From: an uncultured delta proteobacterium
GTDB taxonomy: Bacteria; Desulfobacterota; Desulfobacteria; Desulfobacterales; Desulfatirhabdiaceae
DNA length: 64,000 nt
Direction: 5' to 3'
NCBI GenBank assembly: GCA_963789395.1
Contig: CAWBKP010000021.1
Coordinates: forward strand, 119,697 to 183,696
The stretch's first letter is position 1. Every line of letters begins with the position of its first letter. The notes under the pieces are model-generated. The model made no database searches, was not told where the DNA came from, and saw only the letters and a program-made list of their open reading frames with translations. The translations under genes and the position numbers were made by a program. Below, one piece after another: positions 10,154 to 18,984 of the stretch.

Positions 10154-11060
10154 ATGCGCTTTGGCCTCTGCTGCCTTTTTAAACAAGAACCGGTTTCATT
10201 TCGCACAACCACCGCCAAGGGATTGCTGTCGCTTGGCCGCCACCGGCGACTGCAGAAAGTTTCTGAAATCTGCTTTCACAACGTGAATAACCTGTATCTG
10301 GCTCTGGAGACAGTCCATCGCCTGGGCATCGGGGCATTCAGAATCATGTCGCCGCTCTTCCCGCGCATGACGCATCCGGATGCGGGTTACCGGTTGGAGC
10401 ATCTGCCGGATGCATCGGAAATCGTGCTTCAGCTCGATAAAACCAGGGTATTTGCCCGCCGACATGATATCCGGCTGAGTTTTCACCCCGACCAGTTTGT
10501 CGTGTTGTCGTCTGTCAGGCCGCACGTGGTCCGGAATTCCATCCGTGAACTCGAATATCAGGGGATGCTGGCCGAGGCGGTGGGGGCGGACGTGATCAAT
10601 ATTCATGCCGGCGGCGTGTATGGGGATAAACACCTGGCATTGCAGCGCCTGGAATCAGTTGTCTCCGATCTGCCGAGTGCTGTCAGAACCCGGTTGACGC
10701 TTGAAAACGATGATGTCAGCTATACGCCGAGGGATCTGCTGACCTTTTGTGAACGTCTTTCGATACCCCTGGTGTATGACGTCCACCATCATCGATGCAA
10801 CCCGGACTCTCTCTCGGTTTCAGCGGCGACAACGCTGGCGGGACACACCTGGCTGGCCTCGGGACGGGAGCAGTACTGTCACATCTCCTCTCCCCGCAAC
10901 GGGTGGCAGGGGGGGACCCGAAACCGCACGCAGAGTATATCGACCCGGCTGATTTTCCTGCATGCTGGCGGGGGAGGGAAATGACGGTTGATTTGGAAGC
11001 CAAGGCAAAGGAATTGGCTGTCGTACGGCTGATGTCAGAGCTCAACGGGGATCGTCTCAA
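10154..11060 (+). CDS. uvsE: UV DNA damage endonuclease (frameshift in G run ~10910; end approximate)
   Basis: MRFGLCC, RLSFHPDQFVVL, INIHAGG, LENDD, VYDVHHH, HISSP, then in +1 frame PHAEYI..DLEAKAKELA. Confidence 0.9.
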
Positions 11061-11106
11061 AAGCGGCAGAACGGCAAATAACCTGAAACAGACAAGGAGG
11101 CGAAGT

Positions 11107-11649
11107 ATGGCTCAAATTGATCAAAAAAAACGCAAGGAAAAAGTGATCGAAGTGCTGAACAAAGCGCGCGCCATGGAGCTGCACGCCATAAGCCAGTACA
11201 TGAACCAGCACTACAATCTGGACAACTGGGATTACGGGGATATGGCCGCAAAGGTCAAGCTCATCGCTATTGACGAGATGCGGCATGCGGAGATGTTTGC
11301 GGAACGGGTGGAAGAACTCGGAGGTCAGCCGGTGACGGATCCTGCTGCCAAGGCAGTCAAAGGCCAGAGCGTGGAAGCGATCTTTCCCTTTGATGCGACC
11401 CTCGAGGACAACACCGTGGACACCTATAACGGCTTTCTCCAGGTGTGCAGAGATAACGGCGACAGCTCCAGCGCCAAGCTCTTGGAGCAGATCATCGACG
11501 AAGAGCAGATACATTACAACTACTTCGACAATGTCAGCGGTCACATCAAGAACCTTGACGGAACCTATCTGGCTCAGATCGCCGGAACGCCATCGGCCAC
11601 CGGCCTGCAGACTCTGGGCTTTGTGGCGCGCAAGGGAGGCGCCCCGTAA
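11107..11649 (+). CDS. bfr: Bacterioferritin
   Basis: LNKARAMELHAISQYMNQH, DEMRHAE, EEQIH ferroxidase ligands; AAGGAGG RBS. Confidence 0.9.
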   Translation: MAQIDQKKRKEKVIEVLNKARAMELHAISQYMNQHYNLDNWDYGDMAAKVKLIAIDEMRHAEMFAERVEELGGQPVTDPAAKAVKGQSVEAIFPFDATLEDNTVDTYNGFLQVCRDNGDSSSAKLLEQIIDEEQIHYNYFDNVSGHIKNLDGTYLAQIAGTPSATGLQTLGFVARKGGAP

Positions 11650-11691
11650 TCCGGTGCATAGGCAACCGAGGATCGTCGGACGGATTTTTCC

Positions 11692-11820
11692 ATGCAACAG
11701 GTTTCCGTAGGGCTTTCATTGCATCGGCCGGAAATGCTGCCCTTCATTGCCGGGTGGATGCGGCAGCACGATGCGATTTTTTTGGAGGAACCGCCCTCAC
11801 CCGGCTTCGATCAGATCTCA
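11692..11820 (+). pseudogene. Probable N-terminal remnant of a hypothetical gene
   Basis: Protein-like MQQVSVGLSLHRPEMLP..HDAIFLEEPP that then degenerates. Confidence 0.35.
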
Positions 11821-11889
11821 GCCTCAGCGGGAAAAGCTCCTTGCGGCGCGATCGATGATTTATTCGAAGATTTTGGAAAAATCCGAAAA

Positions 11890-12357
11890 TCAGAGCGAGC
11901 GGGCATCCGACTGCTCCGCTGCTGCCTTCAGCGCCCGGTTCATCATTCCGAATGCTTCGAGGCCCTGGCCCTTGAGCCAAGGCCACATGATCGGCAATAA
12001 TATGCCGCTGTACGCCTCTCTTTGAACAAAACGGACCCCGTCTTCTCCGAGAGGCTCCAGCATGAAAAGGTGTTCCCCATCCAGCAGACCAGGGAAAAGC
12101 AAGTTGCCCAGCCATCTGATTTTCCGCTCAACCTCGAAATCCAGCACTTTTGGCCGGAGGGCCATCGGCAACCCGCAGGGCAGGATGGCAAGAACCCGAA
12201 GGCGTTTTCCACCGATCAGCTCCCCTTCAATCCTTCTGATGAAAGGGTTCCACGAACCGTAACCGGGAAAATCCGTCAGGACTTTCCAAACGACTGCACT
12301 GGGCGCGTTGATTTCAATCTCAGTATGTATCCGTCGGTTCCGGATCAAGCGGCTCAT
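11890..12357 (-). CDS. SRPBCC/polyketide cyclase family protein
   Basis: IEINAP..VWKVLTDF..Y..WNPFI, DGEH.F, MNRALK; ATGA overlap. Confidence 0.88.
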   Translation of the reverse strand: MSRLIRNRRIHTEIEINAPSAVVWKVLTDFPGYGSWNPFIRRIEGELIGGKRLRVLAILPCGLPMALRPKVLDFEVERKIRWLGNLLFPGLLDGEHLFMLEPLGEDGVRFVQREAYSGILLPIMWPWLKGQGLEAFGMMNRALKAAAEQSDARSL

Positions 12358-13328
12358 GTCCTGAGGCATGACTGGCGGGATACAGGGTTTTCCGAGTCGG
12401 GGGACGTTTCCGAAAGCGCAGTGCGAATGGCTTCTTCCATGGAAACAAGGCGGACCGGGATGAGCTCTCGGATTTCGTTGTTCTTGCACACGACTTCGTT
12501 CTTGAGTCCTTCCACCAGCGGCATCACAACACCAGCCGGAACCGTCGTTACAAAATTTATCCAATAGGATGAAAGGTGGGGGGTCAGAATCGGAACCGTG
12601 AGTATCAGGCGATGCAGCCGTCGAATACGGGCATATTTCACCATCAATTGTCGGTAAGTGATGATATCCGGGCCGCCAATGTCAAGGGTCTTCCCTGCCG
12701 TTTCGGGTTCAAGCAGACAGCCCGCCAGGTATTCGATGACGTTTTCCACAGCAATGGGCTGACAGCGCGTTTCGATCCAGCGGGGACAGACCATGACCGG
12801 GAGTCGTTCCACAAGGTGACGCAGCATTTCGAACGGGGCGCCTCCGGCCCCGATAATATTGGCGGCCCTCAGTACCGTGGTTTGGGCCCGGGCAGACTGA
12901 AGCTCACGGGCTACGATCTGTCGGCTTTTTAAATGCTCGGAGAGGTTGTCTGCCATCTCCCCCAAGCCCCCGAGGTAGATGATGCGTTTGACGCCTGATC
13001 CATCGGCGGCCCATGTGAAGTTACGTGCGGCCTGGATGTCTTTTTCGAGGTAGGCTTTGTACTGGAAAAGGCTCCGGCCTCCCATGGAGTGAACCAGGTA
13101 GTAGGCCGTATCGATACCATCAAAGGCCGGCTGCAGCGTCTCGGGTTTCAGGAGGTCTCCTTCCATTACCTGCGGTTCCATATCGCAAGGAACATCGACC
13201 GGAAAACGCTTTGTTGACCGAACCAGACACCGTGCGCGGATGCCCCGTGATGCAAGCTCTTTTAAAAGTCGGGCGCCAATAAATCCGGTGGCCCCCGTCA
13301 ACAGGACATTGGGCGATTCATCGTTCAT
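12354..13328 (-). CDS. NAD(P)-dependent epimerase/SDR (YbjT-like)
   Basis: VLLTGATGFIG, AYYLVHSM, IIYLGGLG, SEHLKSR. Confidence 0.88.
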   Translation of the reverse strand: MNDESPNVLLTGATGFIGARLLKELASRGIRARCLVRSTKRFPVDVPCDMEPQVMEGDLLKPETLQPAFDGIDTAYYLVHSMGGRSLFQYKAYLEKDIQAARNFTWAADGSGVKRIIYLGGLGEMADNLSEHLKSRQIVARELQSARAQTTVLRAANIIGAGGAPFEMLRHLVERLPVMVCPRWIETRCQPIAVENVIEYLAGCLLEPETAGKTLDIGGPDIITYRQLMVKYARIRRLHRLILTVPILTPHLSSYWINFVTTVPAGVVMPLVEGLKNEVVCKNNEIRELIPVRLVSMEEAIRTALSETSPDSENPVSRQSCLRT

Positions 13329-13659
13329 GTGATTAAGACCTCGTCGTGGGCTTGTGCCGTTCTCAGACGCGATGACCCGGCAGTGAGACAACGTGATATC
13401 CGGCCTGAGTCAATGCAATAATAACCATTTTCCGAGCGGCGGCATGCTACAATGGAACCAAACGAAATATAACCAGAAAGCAGACGGGAGAACAACTTTC
13501 ATTCCCGTTATTACGAGTATATTGGGAAGGATCTGGCGAGTCAATAGGGTTTTGATCACGAAAAACAGGACTTGCAGCCACTCAATGTCAGAGTCAAGGG
13601 TCGGGCATGAAACGCTTAATATTACTCATAATTATCGGGAAATCGGATAATAAATGCCA

Positions 13660-13694
13660 TTGACAGCTTTTTTGTTAAGTGATAATTATTATTA
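13660..13694 (+). promoter_or_regulatory. Promoter with Fur/PerR-family-like box
   Basis: TTGACA at 13660; TGATAAT-T-ATTATTA at 13680-13694, one mismatch to the 7-1-7 Fur core. Confidence 0.5.
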
Positions 13695-13820
13695 AAATAA
13701 GTTGTTACCTCCCCGGGTTGGGTACTGTCTGCAGACGCAAGCCCAATCCTGGGCTGAGTTCAGACCGCGATCGGCTTGAAGACCAAGCCGATATCAGCAA
13801 TATATTAAGCTGGGACGCCA

Positions 13821-14597
13821 ATGATCACCCCCTACCTGCTCATCCTTCTCGTTGTGCTGCTGTATATGACCGGCTGGTTTCTGCTGGCCCTGCGCCGCCG
13901 CCGCAATGGTCTGGCCGATATCGCCTGGGGCGGCGGATTCATCGCGGCGGCATTGACGAAGCGTGCTCCGGACCGGGGGAATGCCCCGCGCCTGGATGGC
14001 GGTGCTGCTGGTGGTCCTCTGGGGGGGGCGGCTGGCGGTGCACATCGGCCTGCGAAATCTGGGAAAGGGCGAGGACGAGCGCTACCGCAAGTGGCGGGAG
14101 GCGTGGGGGCACGGCTGGCGCCTTCGCTCTTTCTCCAGGTTTTCCTGCTTCAAGGTTTCCTGATATACCTGATCTGCCTTCCGGTCATCCGGATTTGTTT
14201 CTGGCGCGGTCCAAGCAGCTTGACCGTCTCTCGATGCGCTCGGCCTGGCCGTCTGGATGGCCGGGTTTTATTTCGAAGCCGTTGGGGATTTCCAGCTGGC
14301 CCAATTCAAGAAAGACCCGGCCAACCGGGGAAGATCATCCAGCAGGGGCTCTGGCGCTATTCGCGGCATCCCAATTATTTCGGCGAGGTCACCCTGTGGT
14401 GGGGCATCTACCTGATGGCACTGCCTGTGCCGGGCGGCTGGATGACGATCATCGGGCCCCTGACCATTACCTTCCTGATTCTTAAAGTTTCCGGCATTCC
14501 CCTGCTGGAAAGCAAATATGCCGAGAACGCGGCATTTCAGGCATACGCCCGGCGCACCAGTGCTTTTTTCCCGCTTCCGCCGCGCAAGGAGGGCTGA
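13821..14597 (+). CDS. DUF1295 / steroid 5-alpha-reductase-like membrane protein (internal frameshifts)
   Basis: ADIAWG, GEDERY (alternate frame), GLWRYSRHPNYFGE, SGIPLLE, RTSAFFP. Confidence 0.85.
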   Translation: MITPYLLILLVVLLYMTGWFLLALRRRRNGLADIAWGGGFIAAALTKRAPDRGNAPRLDGGAAGGPLGGAAGGAHRPAKSGKGRGRALPQVAGGVGARLAPSLFLQVFLLQGFLIYLICLPVIRICFWRGPSSLTVSRCARPGRLDGRVLFRSRWGFPAGPIQERPGQPGKIIQQGLWRYSRHPNYFGEVTLWWGIYLMALPVPGGWMTIIGPLTITFLILKVSGIPLLESKYAENAAFQAYARRTSAFFPLPPRKEG

Positions 14598-14602
14598 CAC
14601 CC

Positions 14603-15019
14603 ATGTGGCACAACATCAAACTCTTTCTGATACTGATACCCGTGCTTTTTTTCTTCGACTACCTCTGGCTCGGGAAGATCATGGGCGGGTTTTATAAACA
14701 GGAACTCGGACTTCTGGCCCGCAGGGCAGGGGAGGACCTCGATCCGCTGATCTGGGCCGCCGGTATCGTCTATCTTCTGATTCCGCTGGGGATCGTCCTG
14801 TTTGCCCTTCCCCATGTGTCCCCTGAGAGCCTGCCCGGCTCATCCCTCTTCTGGGGCTTCGTCTACGGGGTGGTCCTATACGGGATCTATGACATGACCA
14901 ACCTGGCCATGCTGGCCGGATGGTCCCTCAAGCTTTCCCTGATCGATATCTTATGGGGCGGCGTGCTGTGCGCCGTCACCACAAGTCTGGCGGCTTACCT
15001 GGACCGGTGGCTGGCATGA
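14603..15019 (+). CDS. DUF2177 family membrane protein
   Basis: DYLWLG, FYKQELG, YGIYDMTNLA, IDILWG. Confidence 0.85.
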   Translation: MWHNIKLFLILIPVLFFFDYLWLGKIMGGFYKQELGLLARRAGEDLDPLIWAAGIVYLLIPLGIVLFALPHVSPESLPGSSLFWGFVYGVVLYGIYDMTNLAMLAGWSLKLSLIDILWGGVLCAVTTSLAAYLDRWLA

Positions 15020-15096
15020 GCTTCCCGGATCTTTCACAGGGGCTACCGGGGCGGCCGGGCCGCTTGATGCCGCGCCCTCCGGAAGGCGGTGGCCCG

Positions 15097-16341
15097 ATGA
15101 AAATCGCCGTCATCGGATCGGGCATCTCGGGCTTGACGGCTTCCTGGCTGCTGCACCGGGACTTCGACCTCACCGTTTATGAAGCCGGCGATTATGCGGG
15201 CGGGCACACCCACACCGTCGATGTCGATCTGCCGGAAGGCCGCTATGCGGTGGACACCGGTTTCATCGTCTTCAACAAAGTCACCTACCCGAATTTCTGC
15301 CGGATACTGGACCGGTTAGGAGTGGACTCTCAGCCCAGCCGGATGACCTTCAGCGTCAAATGCCAAAAAACGGGGCTGGAATACAATTCCCACAACCTCG
15401 ACACCTTTTTCGCCCAGCGGAAAAACCTGGTTTCGCCGTCTTTCTGGCGGATGATCCTGGAAATTTTCCGGTTCCGGAGCCGGTTCAAACACTATCTGGA
15501 TGTTTCGGACCCGGGGGTTCCCCTGGTCCGAACCCTGCGTGACCATGGCTTTTCTTCCCGTTTCATTGAACAGTTCATCACACCCCTGGGATCCTCTCTG
15601 TGGTCGGCCGATCCGGAACAGTTCAGCCAGTTTCCACTGCAGACATTTGTCCGGTTCTTTAAAAACCACGGATTTCTCGATATCCGCAATCCATTCGAGT
15701 GGCGGGTCATCTGCGGCGGGTCCAGGCAATACGTGGAAAAAATGACGGCCGGCTTCGCAGGCCGGATCCGGACGAATATGCCGGTAACCGGTATCCGGAG
15801 ATTTGGCGATCGGGTGGAGGTTACCGATCGGAGCGGAGAGACGGTTTCCTATGACCAGGTCGTTGTGGCCGTTCATTCCGACCAGGCACTGCGGCTGCTG
15901 ACGGATGCCACGCCGGCGGAAAGGGACATCCTGGGTGCCATTCCCTATCAGGAGAACGATACGGTGCTGCATACCGACGCCCGCATCCTTCCCGAACGCC
16001 GGCGGATCTGGGCCAGCTGGAACTATCTGATACCGGCGCAAATGAAAAACCGGGCCGTACTGACCTATGACATGAATATCCTGCAGTCGCTCCCTGCTTC
16101 CCGGGAATTCTGCGTGACCCTCAATTGCGCCGAGGCCATCGACCCCGGGGAGGTCAAGGCGCGTTTCGTCTACCACCATCCGGTTTTTACGACCCGGGCG
16201 CCCGAAGCCCAAAAACGCCGCGAAGAGATCAGCGGATTGAACCGGACCCACTACTGCGGGGCCTACTGGGGGTATGGTTTTCACGAAGACGGGGTCAACA
16301 GCGCCCTTCAGGTTGCGCGCCGGTTCGGAAAGGGGCTCTGA
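15097..16341 (+). CDS. FAD-dependent oxidoreductase (COG2907, UfaD-like)
   Basis: MKIAVIGSGISGL, GGHTHT, VDTGFIVFN..TYPNF, WASWNY, CGAYWGYGFHEDG. Confidence 0.9.
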   Translation: MKIAVIGSGISGLTASWLLHRDFDLTVYEAGDYAGGHTHTVDVDLPEGRYAVDTGFIVFNKVTYPNFCRILDRLGVDSQPSRMTFSVKCQKTGLEYNSHNLDTFFAQRKNLVSPSFWRMILEIFRFRSRFKHYLDVSDPGVPLVRTLRDHGFSSRFIEQFITPLGSSLWSADPEQFSQFPLQTFVRFFKNHGFLDIRNPFEWRVICGGSRQYVEKMTAGFAGRIRTNMPVTGIRRFGDRVEVTDRSGETVSYDQVVVAVHSDQALRLLTDATPAERDILGAIPYQENDTVLHTDARILPERRRIWASWNYLIPAQMKNRAVLTYDMNILQSLPASREFCVTLNCAEAIDPGEVKARFVYHHPVFTTRAPEAQKRREEISGLNRTHYCGAYWGYGFHEDGVNSALQVARRFGKGL

Positions 16342-16343
16342 GC

Positions 16344-17097
16344 GTGCAAAGCTGTCTATATATCGGCCACGTCCGCCACCGCCGCTTTCTCCCGATAAGA
16401 AAACAGCTTCCGGTACGCGCTCTTTTGGGTGTATTCCGACCTGTCAGAAATGGAGCAGGCATTCCGTGCCAGCCCCATCTGGTCCGTGAACCGTTTCAAT
16501 CTGGCCTGCTTCCTGAGGAAGGACCATTTCGGGGATCCCGGGCAGCCGCTCGATTTGGCGGTCCGGTCCCTGGTGGCGTCAAAAACGGGGAAACGGCCTG
16601 CCGGCCCGATCCGTCTGCTCTGCCACTTCCGGTACTTCGGGTATTGCTTCAACCCGGCCTCTTTCTATTACTGCTACAATCCGGAGGGAACGCTCCTTGA
16701 GACCATCGTGGTCGAGATTCACAACACCCCGTGGGGCCAGGTGCACTGCTATGTTCTGGATGCTTCCGACAGCCTGGCCGGACCGCCCTACCGGCGTCAC
16801 GAACTTGAAAAGGCTTTCCATGTCTCCCCGTTCATGGACATGGACATGCAGTATGACTGGCGTTTTCGCGAGCCCGGAGAAACGGTCGGCGTGCATATGG
16901 AGAGCTACCGGGAAAAGGTCAAATATTTTGACGCCACCTTGACCCTTCGTCGCCATGAAATTACCGGGTCCCTCCTGAACCGGGTTCTTCTGACCTATCC
17001 GCCCCTGACGCTGAAAGTCTCAACAATGATCTACTGGCAGGCCCTGCGTCTGTGGCGCAAGAAGGTGCCCTTTTATACCCATCCTGAAAAAAGGTGA
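16344..17097 (+). CDS. DUF1365 protein (UfaO-like), frameshift ~16400
   Basis: LYIGHVRHRRF then FNPASFYYC, EIHNTPW, KAFHVSPF, IYWQALRLW. Confidence 0.88.
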
Positions 17098-17112
17098 AAG
17101 TGAGCGTGATTC

Positions 17113-18378
17113 ATGGAACGATCCATTGCCGAACAGCAGATTCCTTCGATATGGTCCCGGCAAGGCCGGGCGGTCGACCGGCTGGCGCGCCGGTTGTTTC
17201 TGAACCGTCTGATGAAGCTCGAAACCGGATTTCTGACCCTGGTGGAAGGAAATGAGCGGTTTGCCTTCGGGCATACCGGGGCTTCGGAAGCCCTCCGGGT
17301 GACGATTACGGTATCCGATCCGCGGTTTTACCGCAGCATCGTTTTCGGGGGGAGTATCGGGGCCGGGGAAGCCTACATGATCGGGTTCTGGAACTGCACC
17401 GACTTAACCGCGCTGACCCGCCTGATCGTTTTGAACGAGCCGGTGCTCCTCGATGTCGATGGCGGACTGGCGCTTCTGGCGGCGCCGCTGCGCAAACTCT
17501 ACCACTGGAAAAACAAAAACACCCGTCAGGGCAGCCGCGGCAACATCAAGGCCCATTACGACCTTGGCAACGACCTGTACGCCCTGTTTCTCGACGAGAC
17601 CATGACCTATTCCTGCGGCATCTTCGAGCGCCCCGGCTCCTCCCTGGCCGAGGCTTCAATCGCCAAGTATGATCGCCTCTGCCGGAAGCTGGCGTTAAAA
17701 GAGACCGACCACCTGCTGGAAATCGGGACGGGCTGGGGCGGATTCGCCATCCACGCCGCCGCCCGCTACGGCTGCCGGGTGACCACCACCACCCTCTCCC
17801 GGGCACAGTTCGACTGGGCTGATCAGCGTATCCGGGAAATGGGCCTGGAGGAGCGCATCCGGCTGCTGCTGACGGACTACCGGGACCTGAGCGGCACTTA
17901 CGACAAGATCGCATCGATTGAAATGATCGAGGCCGTGGGCCATCACTACCTGGAGACATTTTTCCGGCAGTGCGCACGTCTGCTGAAGGCAGATGGCGTG
18001 ATGGCCCTCCAGGCCATTACCATCACGGACCAGAAATATGAAGCCCACAAGCGGGACGTAGATTTCATCAAACGCTATATCTTTCCGGGCAGCACGCTGA
18101 ATTCGGTCACCGCGCTCTGTGCGGCGGCCACCCGGACCTCGGACTTTCGACTGTTTCACCTGGAGGACATTACCCCGCACTATGCCCGAACGCTCCGGGA
18201 GTGGCGGCTGCGGTTCTTTGCCAACCTGGATAAAGTGCGCGCCCTGGGTTACCCGGATCGGTTCATCCGCATGTGGGAGTATTATCTGTGCTATTGCGAG
18301 GGCGCTTTCATCGAGCGCTACGTCGGCGATGTGCAGGTGATGTTCGTCAAAAACGGGTACCGGCAGGCAGCTGTATAG
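17113..18378 (+). CDS. cfa: Cyclopropane-fatty-acyl-phospholipid synthase family methyltransferase (UfaM-like)
   Basis: NIKAHYDLGN, LDETMTYSC, LEIGTGWGG, SIEMIEAVG, FIKRYIFPG, RMWEYYL. Confidence 0.92.
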   Translation: MERSIAEQQIPSIWSRQGRAVDRLARRLFLNRLMKLETGFLTLVEGNERFAFGHTGASEALRVTITVSDPRFYRSIVFGGSIGAGEAYMIGFWNCTDLTALTRLIVLNEPVLLDVDGGLALLAAPLRKLYHWKNKNTRQGSRGNIKAHYDLGNDLYALFLDETMTYSCGIFERPGSSLAEASIAKYDRLCRKLALKETDHLLEIGTGWGGFAIHAAARYGCRVTTTTLSRAQFDWADQRIREMGLEERIRLLLTDYRDLSGTYDKIASIEMIEAVGHHYLETFFRQCARLLKADGVMALQAITITDQKYEAHKRDVDFIKRYIFPGSTLNSVTALCAAATRTSDFRLFHLEDITPHYARTLREWRLRFFANLDKVRALGYPDRFIRMWEYYLCYCEGAFIERYVGDVQVMFVKNGYRQAAV

Positions 18379-18405
18379 TCGGGATTGTAACAAAGAGGCT
18401 GCGCT

Positions 18406-18500
18406 GTGAAGCAGATCGTCAATTTTATCGGATTCCAAGCCGCCTGGTTTGCCGCGGTGATCGGCGTGGCCGGCGGGTCATATCCTCAGGGAACAGCCCG
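18406..18500 (+). pseudogene. Truncated DUF2878-like gene
   Basis: GTG start MKQIVNFIGFQAAWFAAVIG matches the DUF2878 N-terminus expected after cfa; similarity lost after ~25 codons. Confidence 0.6.
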
Positions 18501-18681
18501 GAATCGGTTGACCGGATCAACCCCGTATCTTTATTTCTCATCCGAACCTGCAAGTCAGTCAACGCGTTAATACCCTTGACAGTCTCCAGGACTGGTGCTA
18601 TCCAAAAGCTTTAAAAGGATATTCTTGTCACCACTTTCCAGATGCGGGTAAAGTGGAGACAGATGGATATCTAAACTATTG

Positions 18682-18886
18682 GCAACTACTCAGGTATACA
18701 GAATTCAGGAGTCAGAATTCAAAATGGCCCGCATATAACCTTCGAGAAATTTGCCGTCTTCTTCAATCAAGCGGGCTGGCTTAGTAACATCACCAAGGGA
18801 CTTTTGGACAATATTGGAAAAAACGGATTTGCTGGGTCCCTCATTCTGGCTCCTGAATTCTGACTCCTGGATACTTGAGTAGTTAC
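18682..18886. mobile_element. MITE-like element with terminal IRs, containing a four-helix-bundle gene remnant
   Basis: Left AACTACTCAGGTATACAG vs reverse complement of right end AACTACTCAAGTATCCAG; subterminal AGAATTC/AGGAGTC heptamers; minus frame ..EEDGKFLEGYMRAILNSDS. Confidence 0.6.
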
Positions 18887-18984
18887 AACAATTGGTAAAT
18901 GCGATTGCGGCTTTTGAGTTCACATGAATGCGGCGAAAGGCTGCTTCAGGCGCTTCTGCGCAAATAGGTCAACTGGAGGGAAGG

